Assembly: GCA_964579875.1 (NCBI GenBank)
Contig: CAZOHJ010000001.1
Coordinates: 44,871 to 108,870 of the forward strand
Reading direction: 5' to 3'
From: an uncultured Lachnospiraceae bacterium
GTDB lineage: Bacteria; Bacillota; Clostridia; UBA1381
Length of the DNA: 64,000 bases
The translations under genes were made by a program, and so were the position numbers. The notes below the pieces were generated by a model. It searched no databases. It saw only the letters and a list, made by a program, of their open reading frames with translations, and had not been told where the DNA came from. Shown here one piece after another: positions 1 through 8,953 of this stretch; the first letter of the stretch is position 1, and each line of letters opens with the position of its first letter.

Positions 1-556
1 CGTCCTTTGAAAATCCTATCTCATCAAGGCATACCTCTCGCAGATAGTCAAGCAGCCGCTTTCCCGTAAGCTTTTCGACAAGCGCGCCAAGAGTGTGCGA
101 TGCGGAGGTATCATATGCAAAAACCGTTCCCGGCTCATGAGTCGGCTCCGTTTTGAAAAAGCTCTCCACCCACGGCATTTCCGGATGCTGCTTGTAGGTC
201 GTATAGTCATGGGGCGAGCGCATCATAAGCATATTCCTTATTGTCGTCTGCGCGGTCCACTCATACGGAGTCGGAAATTCCGGGAAGTATTCCGCTATTT
301 TATCGTCAAGGCTTATCCTGCCCTCCGCTGCCAGCGCACCGACCGCCAGCGAGACAAAGCTCTTTGTAACGGAATACATTCTGTGCAGACTGCAAGAATT
401 ATACGGCTCATAATAGACTTCAAGCAGCACCCTGCCGCCGCGAAGCATGATTACGCTGTGCATATCTATCAAGGTTTTGTCAAGCGTCTTGAAGAAGGCG
501 CACAGTCCTGCCGCGGGCGTCCCCGCCTTTTCGGGAGCCGCATATTCAAAATCCAT
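1..556 (-). CDS. Serine hydrolase of the beta-lactamase/transpeptidase-like family. This is the N-terminal part; the gene runs off the left edge.
   Basis: The ORF track omits it because there is no in-window stop. My translation of the minus strand from ATG 556 gives MDFEYAAPEKAG...HRMYSVTKSFVSLAVGALAAEGRISLDDKIAEYFPEF..., open to position 1. It has an S-x-x-K (SVTK) nucleophile motif and a GAAAGGA RBS 6 nt upstream of the ATG. Confidence 0.6.
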   Translation of the reverse strand, partial: MDFEYAAPEKAGTPAAGLCAFFKTLDKTLIDMHSVIMLRGGRVLLEVYYEPYNSCSLHRMYSVTKSFVSLAVGALAAEGRISLDDKIAEYFPEFPTPYEWTAQTTIRNMLMMRSPHDYTTYKQHPEMPWVESFFKTEPTHEPGTVFAYDTSASHTLGALVEKLTGKRLLDYLREVCLDEIGFSKD

Positions 557-639
557 AATAAATCCTTTCTTCAAATAACGGAAAGGACGGCAAAGAAACA
601 ATCCTACCGTCCTTTTTCTTTAGGGAGAGGCGATTGCCA

Positions 640-1737
640 TTATCTCTCATAGGCTGCGGCGAGCATAAGAAACGGTCCGACCCCCTTGAAATCGTTGTTT
701 CTTACCGGCTCGCTCATGTAATAATCAAGAGTACCGTCGCGGCGCGTCTTATCCGCCGGTCCGAGACCCGCAACAGAGCAGCCCTTTGTAATATCCGCTC
801 TTTCGTCCGTTTCAGCAATGAATACATTAAGAATGCCGTCTACCGCCTTTTCAAGATACGGCTTATAGGTATCCGCGTCAATATAACCCTTTCTTATCGC
901 CTTTTCAAGAGAATACGCGAACATACATGAGCAGGTAGCCTCCTGATAGTTGTCGCTGCGGCGGTTATCCATTACCTGATACCATACGCCGTCCTCATCC
1001 TGATACCTGACAACATTTCCTATTGCCTTATTGAAAAGGCCGATAAGCGTCTGTCTGCCCGGATGCTCCTCCGGGAAGAAATCAAGCGTATCGAGCAGCG
1101 CCATGCAGAACCAGCCTACCGATCTGCCCCATACGTTAAGCGAACGGCCCGTATTGGGATCCGCCCAGAATATTGACTTTGACTCGTCGCACGCATGGGC
1201 ATAAAGACCGCAGCGCGGCTCGTAGGTCAGTCTTTCCGCGTTTACAAACTGGTTGAGTATATCGTCAAACTTCTCCGGACGTCCGAACTCCTTCGCATAC
1301 TGCGCGGCGAACGGCTCGCCCATGAAAAGTCCGTCAAGCCATACCTGATTCGGATATATCTGCTTATGCCAGAAGGTACCCGAAGGAGTTCTCGGCTGAA
1401 TTTCAAACTGGCTTGCAAGCAGCTCGGTCGCCTTCCTGTACTTCTCCTCGCCTGTTTCGTGCCAGAGATAGAAAAGGTTCTTGCCGTTATTCAGGTGGTC
1501 GATATTTCTCACCTCGGGATCGTATGTATTTATTGTGCCGTCCTCGTTGATAAAATAATCAAATTCGGCATGGATATAATCATTGTATTTTTTTTCGCCC
1601 GTCTCGCCGTATACGGCCGCAAAGCCCATGAGGCACAATCCGCCGTCATACTGCCATTTCTTTATAAGTATCTCTCCGAAATCGGACATGATCGTGTCGC
1701 AAAGCTTTATTGCTGTCGGCATTAATATTTTTCCCAT
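640..1737 (-). CDS. Unsaturated rhamnogalacturonyl hydrolase, GH105 (YteR/YesR-like).
   Basis: 365-aa ORF. Its length and motifs (WHKQIYPNQVWLDGLFMGEPF, NVWGRSVGW, DYYMSEPV) are typical of GH105. Other RG-I genes are nearby. Confidence 0.85.
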   Translation of the reverse strand: MGKILMPTAIKLCDTIMSDFGEILIKKWQYDGGLCLMGFAAVYGETGEKKYNDYIHAEFDYFINEDGTINTYDPEVRNIDHLNNGKNLFYLWHETGEEKYRKATELLASQFEIQPRTPSGTFWHKQIYPNQVWLDGLFMGEPFAAQYAKEFGRPEKFDDILNQFVNAERLTYEPRCGLYAHACDESKSIFWADPNTGRSLNVWGRSVGWFCMALLDTLDFFPEEHPGRQTLIGLFNKAIGNVVRYQDEDGVWYQVMDNRRSDNYQEATCSCMFAYSLEKAIRKGYIDADTYKPYLEKAVDGILNVFIAETDERADITKGCSVAGLGPADKTRRDGTLDYYMSEPVRNNDFKGVGPFLMLAAAYER

Positions 1738-1855
1738 AGTGATACCCCTTTTTCTGTAATATTCATGTTATTATGATTATAGCAGAAATTTTAACGGAAT
1801 GAAATGCCATTTTTTGTTTTAGTCTACAGTTTTTTAGAGATATTTATTAAAATTC

Positions 1856-1884
1856 TTGTAAATTTTACTGATTTCCTTTATAAT
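1856..1884 (+). promoter_or_regulatory. Sigma-A type promoter for the LUD-YesL-CE12 operon.
   Basis: TTGTAA (1856-1861), exactly 17 nt, then TATAAT (1879-1884). It lies about 65 nt upstream of the ATG at 1949. Confidence 0.5.
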
Positions 1885-1948
1885 ATAACCAAGACCCGGG
1901 AGGGCGTTATACCCGTTCCCGTATATGACTGCGAAAGGATTGATTTAT

Positions 1949-2593
1949 ATGGATAAGGTACAGAAATGGGCGGCACGGCTTAAGGCAAAGGAAATGGTTG
2001 AAATATTAAATGCCTATAACTTTAACGCTGTTTACGCGGAGGATGCGGAGGACGCAAGGAGAATTTTCCTTGAAACAGTTCCCGAGGGCGCCAGCATATG
2101 CGTCGGCGGCTCCGTGACATTGCAGCAGACGGGGATCATTGACGAGATTACGAGCGGACGCTATAACTTCTACGACCGCTTCCACTGCGAAAACGTTGCG
2201 GCAATGCATGATGTTTACCGCGAAAGCTACAAGGCGGATTACATAGTCGCAAGCTCCAACGCCGTTACAAAGCAGGGACAGCTTGTGAATATAGACTGCG
2301 TCGGCAACCGCGCGAGCCAGATCGCGTTCGGGCCGAAGAAGGCTATCGTGGTCTGCGGCGTGAACAAGATCGTTGACACAATGGAGGACGGTATCAGGCG
2401 CGCCCGCGCGATCGCTCCGCTCAACTCCAAAAGGATACGCCACAAGACGCCGTGCGCGACAGAGGACTGCTGCAGCTGCTCCGACTGCACAGGTCAGCCG
2501 AGAATGTGCAACTTCATAGGAATAGTTGACGGCTGCTTCCACTTCCCAAAGAGAATTACCGTTATCATGGTTGCAGAGGAGCTGGGTTATTAA
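1949..2593 (+). CDS. LUD-domain (DUF162, LutC/YkgG-like) protein with a Cys-rich C-terminal tail.
   Basis: The ORF-track entry is 1925-2593. I prefer the ATG at 1949 (MDKVQKW...) because GAAAGGA lies 9 nt upstream. Motifs: GGSVTLQQTGI, ASSNAVTKQGQLVNIDCVGNR, FGPKKAIVVCGVNKIV, and a CATEDCCSCSDCTGQPRMC tail. Confidence 0.7.
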   Translation: MDKVQKWAARLKAKEMVEILNAYNFNAVYAEDAEDARRIFLETVPEGASICVGGSVTLQQTGIIDEITSGRYNFYDRFHCENVAAMHDVYRESYKADYIVASSNAVTKQGQLVNIDCVGNRASQIAFGPKKAIVVCGVNKIVDTMEDGIRRARAIAPLNSKRIRHKTPCATEDCCSCSDCTGQPRMCNFIGIVDGCFHFPKRITVIMVAEELGY

Positions 2594-2595
2594 TA

Positions 2596-3495
2596 ATGGG
2601 TTTTTTTAATACGGATTACTCAAAGCCGGGACCGGGCGTATCAAAAAACGAGAAAAAGAAAAAAGGGCTTGCCAGATTTTACGAGATATTCTTCCGTAAA
2701 TTCTGGAATCTGGTAGAGCTGAACATCTTATATATAGTAACGCTGCTGCCGACCTTTGCGCTTGTTTTTCTGCTTTCGGGAATGATCTCGAATAAACTCG
2801 GCATTACTCCCGAGGCTGTCATGTCGCTTACAGGCGCCGCCTTTTCGGAGGTTGACGCGGCGCGTATTTCTGTTACTGCCGACCTTCTGATCCGTCTGTA
2901 TATATCGCTGTTTTTCACGATATTCTGGGGCGGCGGGCCGGTTACAGCGGGCTTTGTATATATACTCCGCTCCTTTATGTGGGAAACTCCGGTATTCCTT
3001 ATAAGCGACTACTTCGGTCACGCGGCGTCAAATTTCAGACAGAGCATTGCGGTGTATATTATTGATCTGATCGTGTTTACAATACTGTGCTACGCGTATT
3101 TCTTCTACGGCTCAATGACTACGATACTGTTCTTCCTGAAATATGTGGTGCTGGCGCTTGCCTTCTTCTATACGATCACACACCTTTACCTGTATCATCT
3201 GCTCGTGACCTACAGGCTGAAGCTTAAGGATCTGTACAAGAATGCGGCGCTGTTTGCAATATCCGCGCTGCCGTATTCAGCTATAACCGTTGCAGTTGTC
3301 GCATTTGCCGTTCTGATATGGCCCGCAATAGGCTTTACCGCCGCAAGCACAAAGCTTGCGTCAGTCTTTACGATCGCTGTTTTTGTACTGCTTTTCACCC
3401 TGCAGTTCAGCGCGTGCGGTCTGTATATAGAATCAAATGCCATTACGCAGATAAAAAAATATATCAGGGAGGACACAGATGTTGAAGCAAAATGA
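2596..3495 (+). CDS. YesL-family (DUF624) integral membrane protein.
   Basis: 299 aa with multiple hydrophobic helices. The N-terminus (FFRKFWNLVELNILYIVTLLPTF) is typical of DUF624. It starts 2 nt after the upstream stop. Confidence 0.7.
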   Translation: MGFFNTDYSKPGPGVSKNEKKKKGLARFYEIFFRKFWNLVELNILYIVTLLPTFALVFLLSGMISNKLGITPEAVMSLTGAAFSEVDAARISVTADLLIRLYISLFFTIFWGGGPVTAGFVYILRSFMWETPVFLISDYFGHAASNFRQSIAVYIIDLIVFTILCYAYFFYGSMTTILFFLKYVVLALAFFYTITHLYLYHLLVTYRLKLKDLYKNAALFAISALPYSAITVAVVAFAVLIWPAIGFTAASTKLASVFTIAVFVLLFTLQFSACGLYIESNAITQIKKYIREDTDVEAK

Positions 3496-4270
3496 CGATA
3501 TAGCGGCGCTTGAAATTGTTGAGGAAAACACGGGCGACATAGGCGAAATAAACGATGCCGGCGGCGCTATAAAGGTTTATATAGCGGGCGACTCAACCGC
3601 CTGCAACTATCCCCACACCGGCGAAAATAACCGCTACCCCCAGACAGGCTGGGGACAGGTTTTCGGCGAGCTGTTTGACGAACGGGTCAGGATCGTGAAC
3701 TGCGCGATAAGCGGCAGAAGCTCGCTCAGTCTGCTGCGTGAGAAAAATTACGAGTACATATGCGCCAATATCGCAAAGGGCGACTATATAATAATCCAGT
3801 TTGCGCACAACGACTGCAAAAAGGAGGATCCCACGCGCTGCACCTCGCCGGAGGACGGCACATATCAGGACTGTATCATGACCTATGTGAACACCGCGCG
3901 AAAAGCCGGAGCGGAGGCGATCTTTGCGACCTCGATAACAAGAAACGTTCCGTCAGACCACACTCTGGAGCCATACGGAGAGGCGCTCAAAAAGCTCGGC
4001 GAGGAGGAAAATATCCCCGTGCTTGACCTCTATAAAATAACCCACGGTCTGCTTGAGCGCGACGGAGCGGAGGCTCGCGGCAGAATGCATATGAATATTG
4101 ACGCTCATGACAAGCGTTTTACAGACAACCCCGAATATCTTCGCTCACAGTATTATGAGGGCAGACAGGATAACACCCACCTCAATATAACAGGGGCGAG
4201 AGAGATCGCGGGCTTTGCGGCGCAAGAGCTGAAAAGGCTCAGGCATCCCCTCGCCGGATATCTTAAATAA
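3479..4270 (+). CDS. rhgT: Rhamnogalacturonan acetylesterase, SGNH/GDSL hydrolase (CE12, RhgT-like).
   Basis: Block I is IAGDSTA, followed by GWGQ, then AISGRSS, and a C-terminal D..H (DNTHLN). GGGAGG RBS is present. The gene overlaps the upstream gene by 17 nt. Confidence 0.8.
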   Translation: MLKQNDDIAALEIVEENTGDIGEINDAGGAIKVYIAGDSTACNYPHTGENNRYPQTGWGQVFGELFDERVRIVNCAISGRSSLSLLREKNYEYICANIAKGDYIIIQFAHNDCKKEDPTRCTSPEDGTYQDCIMTYVNTARKAGAEAIFATSITRNVPSDHTLEPYGEALKKLGEEENIPVLDLYKITHGLLERDGAEARGRMHMNIDAHDKRFTDNPEYLRSQYYEGRQDNTHLNITGAREIAGFAAQELKRLRHPLAGYLK

Positions 4271-4274
4271 GCAT

Positions 4275-4325
4275 AAAAAACAGTTATTTTGTACAGAAAA
4301 CTGCAAAAAATAACTGTTTTTTTTA
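4275..4325 (+). terminator. Rho-independent terminator after the CE12 gene.
   Basis: AAAACAGTTATTTT ... AAAATAACTGTTTT forms a perfect 14-bp stem followed by a T-run. Confidence 0.7.
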
Positions 4326-4354
4326 TTGTAAATTTCGTGAAAATAAGCTACAAT
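4326..4354 (+). promoter_or_regulatory. Sigma-A type promoter for the large PL11 lyase gene.
   Basis: TTGTAA (4326-4331), 17 nt, then TACAAT (4349-4354). AAAGGAGAG RBS precedes the ATG at 4423. Confidence 0.5.
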
Positions 4355-4422
4355 ATGTAATATAGGTATAAATTCGTTCGGAAATGGACTGATCATATTA
4401 ACAGAAAAGGAGAGAGAATTCT

Positions 4423-7400
4423 ATGAAGAGAAAAAAAATTGTCAGCGCCTTGGTGAGCGCTGCAATGCTGTCATCGGTATTCACCGGTATGCAGATGACT
4501 GCAGTCTCTGCGGAAGGCATTGAGGACTGGACGGCAAACACTACCGGCACGCCGCAATACCACACGACACAGCGGCAGATGGAGGATCTGAACCGCGGTC
4601 TTATCGCGTCTTACAGAACCGTTGACAACAGGAATATATTCAGCGGGGAGCAGGGCGTTTATCTGAGCTGGCGTCTTTTAGGAACCGAAGATCTTACAAA
4701 TCAGGCATTTGACGTCTATCGCAGCACCTCCGAAACAGGCACATTTTCAAAAATTGCCACCACGGGCGTTCATGACGCTACCAACTACATTGACGTATCC
4801 GGTACCGCAAGCAATTACTATAAGGTTGTAAAATCCGGAGCGTCCCAGGTGGAGCTTGCGGCAGAGCCGGCGGTGAAGCCCGGGATCAACTATGCGGCAA
4901 AAGGCAGCGAGGTAGGCAACGGGAACAGTGAAATAAACTCGTTTACATATGTTGATATACCGATCAGCAGACCCGATCCGGTTGCAAGAATGGGAGACGG
5001 TAAAACATCCTATTACTATTCATACGACAGCGACCACGAGGGCGGCGCAAACGACGCGTCGGTAGGCGATCTGGATGGCGACGGTGATTATGAGATCGTC
5101 CTTAAATGGGATCCTACGGATTCAAAGGACTCCGCGGGCGCCGATTACACCGGAAGAGTCTATATAGACGCTTATGAGATCGATCCGGACAACGACGGTT
5201 ATACGTGGCGTATAGACCTCGGTCCGAACGTAACCGCCGGCCAGCATTACACGCAGTACATCGTATATGATTTTGACGGCGATGGCCGCTCAGAGGTTGC
5301 AATGCAGACCGCTCCCGGATCGGTTGACGGCCAGGGAAACTATGTATCCGAAGCCGGTGACACGGATGCTATCAGAAATGTTGACAATACAAAATCATAT
5401 GTAGGCACAAGCGGCAGCTCAAAGGGCAAGAACGTAGGCCCTGAATATTATACGATATTTGACGGCGAAACAGGCGCTGCCATATGCACGACCGACGCTA
5501 TTCCGCTCGTATCAAGCAGCAACTGGGGCGACAGCAAGTATAACAGAGCTATGCGTTTCCTCGCGGGCGTTGCTTATCTTGACGGGGTTCACCCGAGCCT
5601 TATCGAGTGCCGCGGCTACTACGCAAGAGTCGTAATCCGCGCATATTCCTTTGACGGTGAATCCCTTTCAATGGATTGGGAATACAACAGCGGCTCGTCA
5701 GGGCTTTACGGCGAGGGCTTCCATAACCTCGGAATTGCCGACATCGATAACGACGGCTATGATGAGATAGTATACGGCTCGGCGTGTCTTGACCAGGACG
5801 GCAAAACCGTTTTAGGTGATACAAATCTCGGTCACGGCGACGCGCAGCACACCTCGGACTTTAATAATGACGGTATACAGGAATCCTATGTGGTTCATGA
5901 GGAAAAGGTCGGATACGCAAATTACGCCGGACAATTTAAGGTAACGGCAACCGGAGAAAACATCTGGAGCACAAATGCGTCATCAGATACGGGAAGAGGT
6001 GTTATGGATAACATAGATGATGAGTATGCAAGCGCCCACTCGGAAGCACTCGCGCTCGGATGGGACAGCTCAAACGACTACGCATACGACTTTACCGGCG
6101 CCGCAGTCGGAGCAAAACCGACGGCAGGGTCGCGTACCATGACGAACTTCCTTGTTTACTGGGACGGTGATCTCGGCAGAGAAATTCTTGATGATACTAT
6201 CATAGGAAAATATCACGTTTCAACAGGAGGAATGAGAAGATTTTACAGCTCGGACGGCTATAGTCTGACAGGGGGCAGCTCAAATAACTACTCAAAGAAC
6301 ACTCCGTCCCTCTGCGCGGACATCTGGGGTGACTGGCGTGAGGAGGTTATCCTTCCGGTCAACAAGGGCTCGGATACAGAACAGGCATATCTTAGGATCT
6401 ACACCTCCACAATACCTACCAAATACCGCCTTACGACGCTTATGCACGACGCGCAGTACCGCTGCTCGGTCGCATGGCAGAACGTGGGCTATAACCAGCC
6501 GACACATCAGAGCTACTATATCGGTTCGGCCTCATTAGCAAAGGACAGCAGCGGCAATACGCTGAACTATCTCGCTCCGGCAACACTCTATACGAACGCT
6601 TCATATTCGCTTGTATCCGTTCCTGTAACGGGAGTCTCACTTCCGAGCGGCTCATTAGAGGTTGAAAGAGGCAAGAACATTTCCATAAGTCCAATAATTG
6701 AACCTTCGAACGCATCGAAGAAAACCGTTTCATGGTCAAGCTCCAATGAAGCTGTAGCAAAGGTTTCAAACGGCATCATAACGGGCGTTTCAAACGGAAC
6801 AGCCACAATAACCGCAACGACCAAAGACGGCGGGTATACCGCATCTTGCGAGGTAACGGTATATTCAATCCCTGTGGAGGGTATTGAGCTTGCCTCGGAT
6901 ACTATCGACGTCGGAACAGGCAGCACAAAGCCTATAAAGGCATATATCAGCCCATCAACGGCCACAGAGCAGGGCATTACATGGACGTCAAGCGATGCGT
7001 CAGTCGCATCGGTCGATTCCGAGGGCAATGTTACCGGCGTTTCGGGAGGCACAGCAACGATCACAGCAAAAACCAAGGACGGCGGGTATACCGCAGTCTG
7101 CACGGTAAACGTTGTACCGCTGATCACAACGGATATAACCGGCGACAATAAGTTTGTGACAACAAACACAGATTCAAATACAAAGACTTCGCTCGACGCT
7201 GCAAGCGCATCAATAACCCATACAAACGCCAATTCAGGCACAGAGGTACACAAGGACTTTGATGCATATGCGGATAACAAGGTAACTCTCTCATTCATGG
7301 TAAAAACCGGCGGCAAGAAGTATGACGGGACAAACTGGAACTGGAGCGGGCATGAATACACCTTCGGGATCAAGCTGCTTGACAATGAAGGCGATAATAT

Positions 7401-8904
7401 TCTCACTATTTCACAGTCCTACACCTCAAGCGCTCAGGCAACATTGAGCAAGGTAGGAAACAATGACGCGAAAAATGTAAGCTCGGCATGGTCCGCAGCC
7501 GGAGACGGCGAAGAGCCTCTGGGCAGAAGCTCAACCACATGGTATCTGGACTTTGAATTCGACTATGATAACGATACATGTACCGCAACGCTTGCGGGCA
7601 GCGACCAAAATAAGGTTTACTCATATGCGTTTGACTTAAACGGAGCAAGCTTCCGTACCCTTCAGATGTATACGACAAAGGACGGCGACGGTGATATACT
7701 CGCAGCACCGTCGATCTCATCGCTTACATATACCAGAACCACGACAGAATCGGGAATTATAGGAACTCCGCTCCCGACAGCAGTTCCGACGCCGACGCCG
7801 CTCCCGACGGCAACGCCTGAACCGACGGCAACACCCGAACCGACGCCTGTTCCGGTAGAGAATGATGTAACCGTATTCACAGCGGTAAACAGAATAACCG
7901 TTTCGGATGCGGCGGGCGATGAAAACGAGATCACATTTACAAACGCGTCAAATGCAAATAATGAATATGCGCTTGCAATGGCTGATATAAGCTCATACGT
8001 TGAAGGCGAAGAAAAATATACGGTTGAATTCGATTCAAATGTCCCGAGCGGGTCAAGAGCGCGTATCGCATTGGTTGACGCCGCGCAGCGCCCCGCAGGC
8101 TCAAGCAAGAGCAGTTATGTGACGACCGGCGTTGCATTTGTCGAGGGTCGTGTTGACAGCTCATCATACACGGTCAATGAGAATAAAACGATCTACGGAA
8201 CTGCGCCGAATGCGGTCGATACTTATATTCATACAAGAGTCGAAGTGAATGCCGCCGATAAGACGGTGTCATACAAAATCACCGACGCATCAGGCTCAAC
8301 ACTGCTTTCAAAGGATAATGTGGCTTATCTTGACGGTACCACAGCTATCAACGGAATTGAGTTCTTTGACATAGTCAACAGCTCCTCAGCCGCAATGAAG
8401 AACATTAAGGTGATTACATATACGGCGCCTGAGCAGACAACAGAATCGCCTACTGAAACAGCTCCGCCGCAGGAGACCATAGAGCCGACGCCGACTGCCG
8501 ATAATATCGTAGTTACGCTAAGATCCTCTGCAGGCATAGAGGCTACTGTTACAAATACAGGTGACAAAGATCAGCCGTTCAAGCTGATAGTGGCAAGCTA
8601 TGACGCTGACGGCAAGCTTATCGGCATTAATATCTCAGAGGAAACCACGGCAGCAGCCGGAAACAGCGCAATAGTGAATGTAGCTATTCCGTTGGATGGG
8701 GATGAGACATTCTCATACTGCAAGGCAATGGTTTGGGACGATATGCTGCCGCTCTGCAGCGCATTCGACAGCCGGAATGAATTACTGCCGGAGGAAGCTT
8801 TGGAAACAGCGGAGGAAACGGCAGAAGAACTCACCGAGGAGCCAAAGGATGAAGTACCGGAGATTACAGCCGATACCAAAGATACCGTTTCAACAACAGA
8901 ATAA
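4423..8904 (+). CDS. Secreted multidomain rhamnogalacturonan lyase, PL11 (YesW/YesX-like).
   Basis: Signal peptide MKRKKIVSALVSAAMLSSVFTGMQMTAVSA. PL11 hallmarks: AFDVYRS and repeated FG-GAP-like DxDGDG motifs (VGDLDGDGDYEIVLKWDPTDSKDS, DFDGDGRSEV, DIDNDGYDEIV). Downstream are two Big_2 Ig-like domains, two domains of about 190 aa resembling lectin jelly-rolls, Pro/Thr linkers, a C-terminal module of about 80 aa and an acidic tail. Confidence 0.9.
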   Translation: MKRKKIVSALVSAAMLSSVFTGMQMTAVSAEGIEDWTANTTGTPQYHTTQRQMEDLNRGLIASYRTVDNRNIFSGEQGVYLSWRLLGTEDLTNQAFDVYRSTSETGTFSKIATTGVHDATNYIDVSGTASNYYKVVKSGASQVELAAEPAVKPGINYAAKGSEVGNGNSEINSFTYVDIPISRPDPVARMGDGKTSYYYSYDSDHEGGANDASVGDLDGDGDYEIVLKWDPTDSKDSAGADYTGRVYIDAYEIDPDNDGYTWRIDLGPNVTAGQHYTQYIVYDFDGDGRSEVAMQTAPGSVDGQGNYVSEAGDTDAIRNVDNTKSYVGTSGSSKGKNVGPEYYTIFDGETGAAICTTDAIPLVSSSNWGDSKYNRAMRFLAGVAYLDGVHPSLIECRGYYARVVIRAYSFDGESLSMDWEYNSGSSGLYGEGFHNLGIADIDNDGYDEIVYGSACLDQDGKTVLGDTNLGHGDAQHTSDFNNDGIQESYVVHEEKVGYANYAGQFKVTATGENIWSTNASSDTGRGVMDNIDDEYASAHSEALALGWDSSNDYAYDFTGAAVGAKPTAGSRTMTNFLVYWDGDLGREILDDTIIGKYHVSTGGMRRFYSSDGYSLTGGSSNNYSKNTPSLCADIWGDWREEVILPVNKGSDTEQAYLRIYTSTIPTKYRLTTLMHDAQYRCSVAWQNVGYNQPTHQSYYIGSASLAKDSSGNTLNYLAPATLYTNASYSLVSVPVTGVSLPSGSLEVERGKNISISPIIEPSNASKKTVSWSSSNEAVAKVSNGIITGVSNGTATITATTKDGGYTASCEVTVYSIPVEGIELASDTIDVGTGSTKPIKAYISPSTATEQGITWTSSDASVASVDSEGNVTGVSGGTATITAKTKDGGYTAVCTVNVVPLITTDITGDNKFVTTNTDSNTKTSLDAASASITHTNANSGTEVHKDFDAYADNKVTLSFMVKTGGKKYDGTNWNWSGHEYTFGIKLLDNEGDNILTISQSYTSSAQATLSKVGNNDAKNVSSAWSAAGDGEEPLGRSSTTWYLDFEFDYDNDTCTATLAGSDQNKVYSYAFDLNGASFRTLQMYTTKDGDGDILAAPSISSLTYTRTTTESGIIGTPLPTAVPTPTPLPTATPEPTATPEPTPVPVENDVTVFTAVNRITVSDAAGDENEITFTNASNANNEYALAMADISSYVEGEEKYTVEFDSNVPSGSRARIALVDAAQRPAGSSKSSYVTTGVAFVEGRVDSSSYTVNENKTIYGTAPNAVDTYIHTRVEVNAADKTVSYKITDASGSTLLSKDNVAYLDGTTAINGIEFFDIVNSSSAAMKNIKVITYTAPEQTTESPTETAPPQETIEPTPTADNIVVTLRSSAGIEATVTNTGDKDQPFKLIVASYDADGKLIGINISEETTAAAGNSAIVNVAIPLDGDETFSYCKAMVWDDMLPLCSAFDSRNELLPEEALETAEETAEELTEEPKDEVPEITADTKDTVSTTE
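6618..7116 (+). repeat. Tandem duplication encoding two Big_2 (bacterial Ig-like group 2) domains inside the PL11 gene.
   Basis: Two units of about 83 aa, at 6618-6863 and 6867-7116. They share ...V(S/T)WSSSNEAVA(K/S)V...G(I/N)(I/V)TGVS(N/G)GTATITA(T/K)TKDGGYTA.C.V.V, with clear DNA-level similarity (ACCAA(A/G)GACGGCGGGTATACCGCA). Confidence 0.8.
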
Positions 8905-8922
8905 ATAAGCTGATAAAGCATT

Positions 8923-8952
8923 AAACAGGGTCTTAACAGGCCCTGTTTTTTT
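8923..8952. terminator. Hairpin terminator between the convergent PL11 gene and the minus-strand small ORF.
   Basis: AAACAGGG-loop-CCCTGTTT followed by TTTTT. Confidence 0.6.
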
Positions 8953-8953
8953 C

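Noticed and set aside
95-652. 185-aa plus-strand ORF at the left edge.
   Set aside because: It is antisense to a much better minus-strand reading frame, the SVTK serine hydrolase that stays open to the window edge. The product is Arg/Cys-rich and has no RBS.
6588-7406. 272-aa minus-strand ORF inside the PL11 gene.
   Set aside because: It is antisense to the Big_2/lectin-like coding region. Its Ser/Val/Thr-rich low-complexity translation is typical of the reverse frame of Thr/Ser/Asp-rich genes. There are no start signals.
7765-7855. Short repeated CCGAC(G/A)CC(G/T) units that could be taken for a tandem repeat or mini-array.
   Set aside because: They are in frame and encode a Pro/Thr linker (PTAVPTPTPLPTATPEPTATPEPTPVP) inside the PL11 gene. 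There are no spacers and it is not CRISPR-like. No CRISPR array was seen anywhere in the window.
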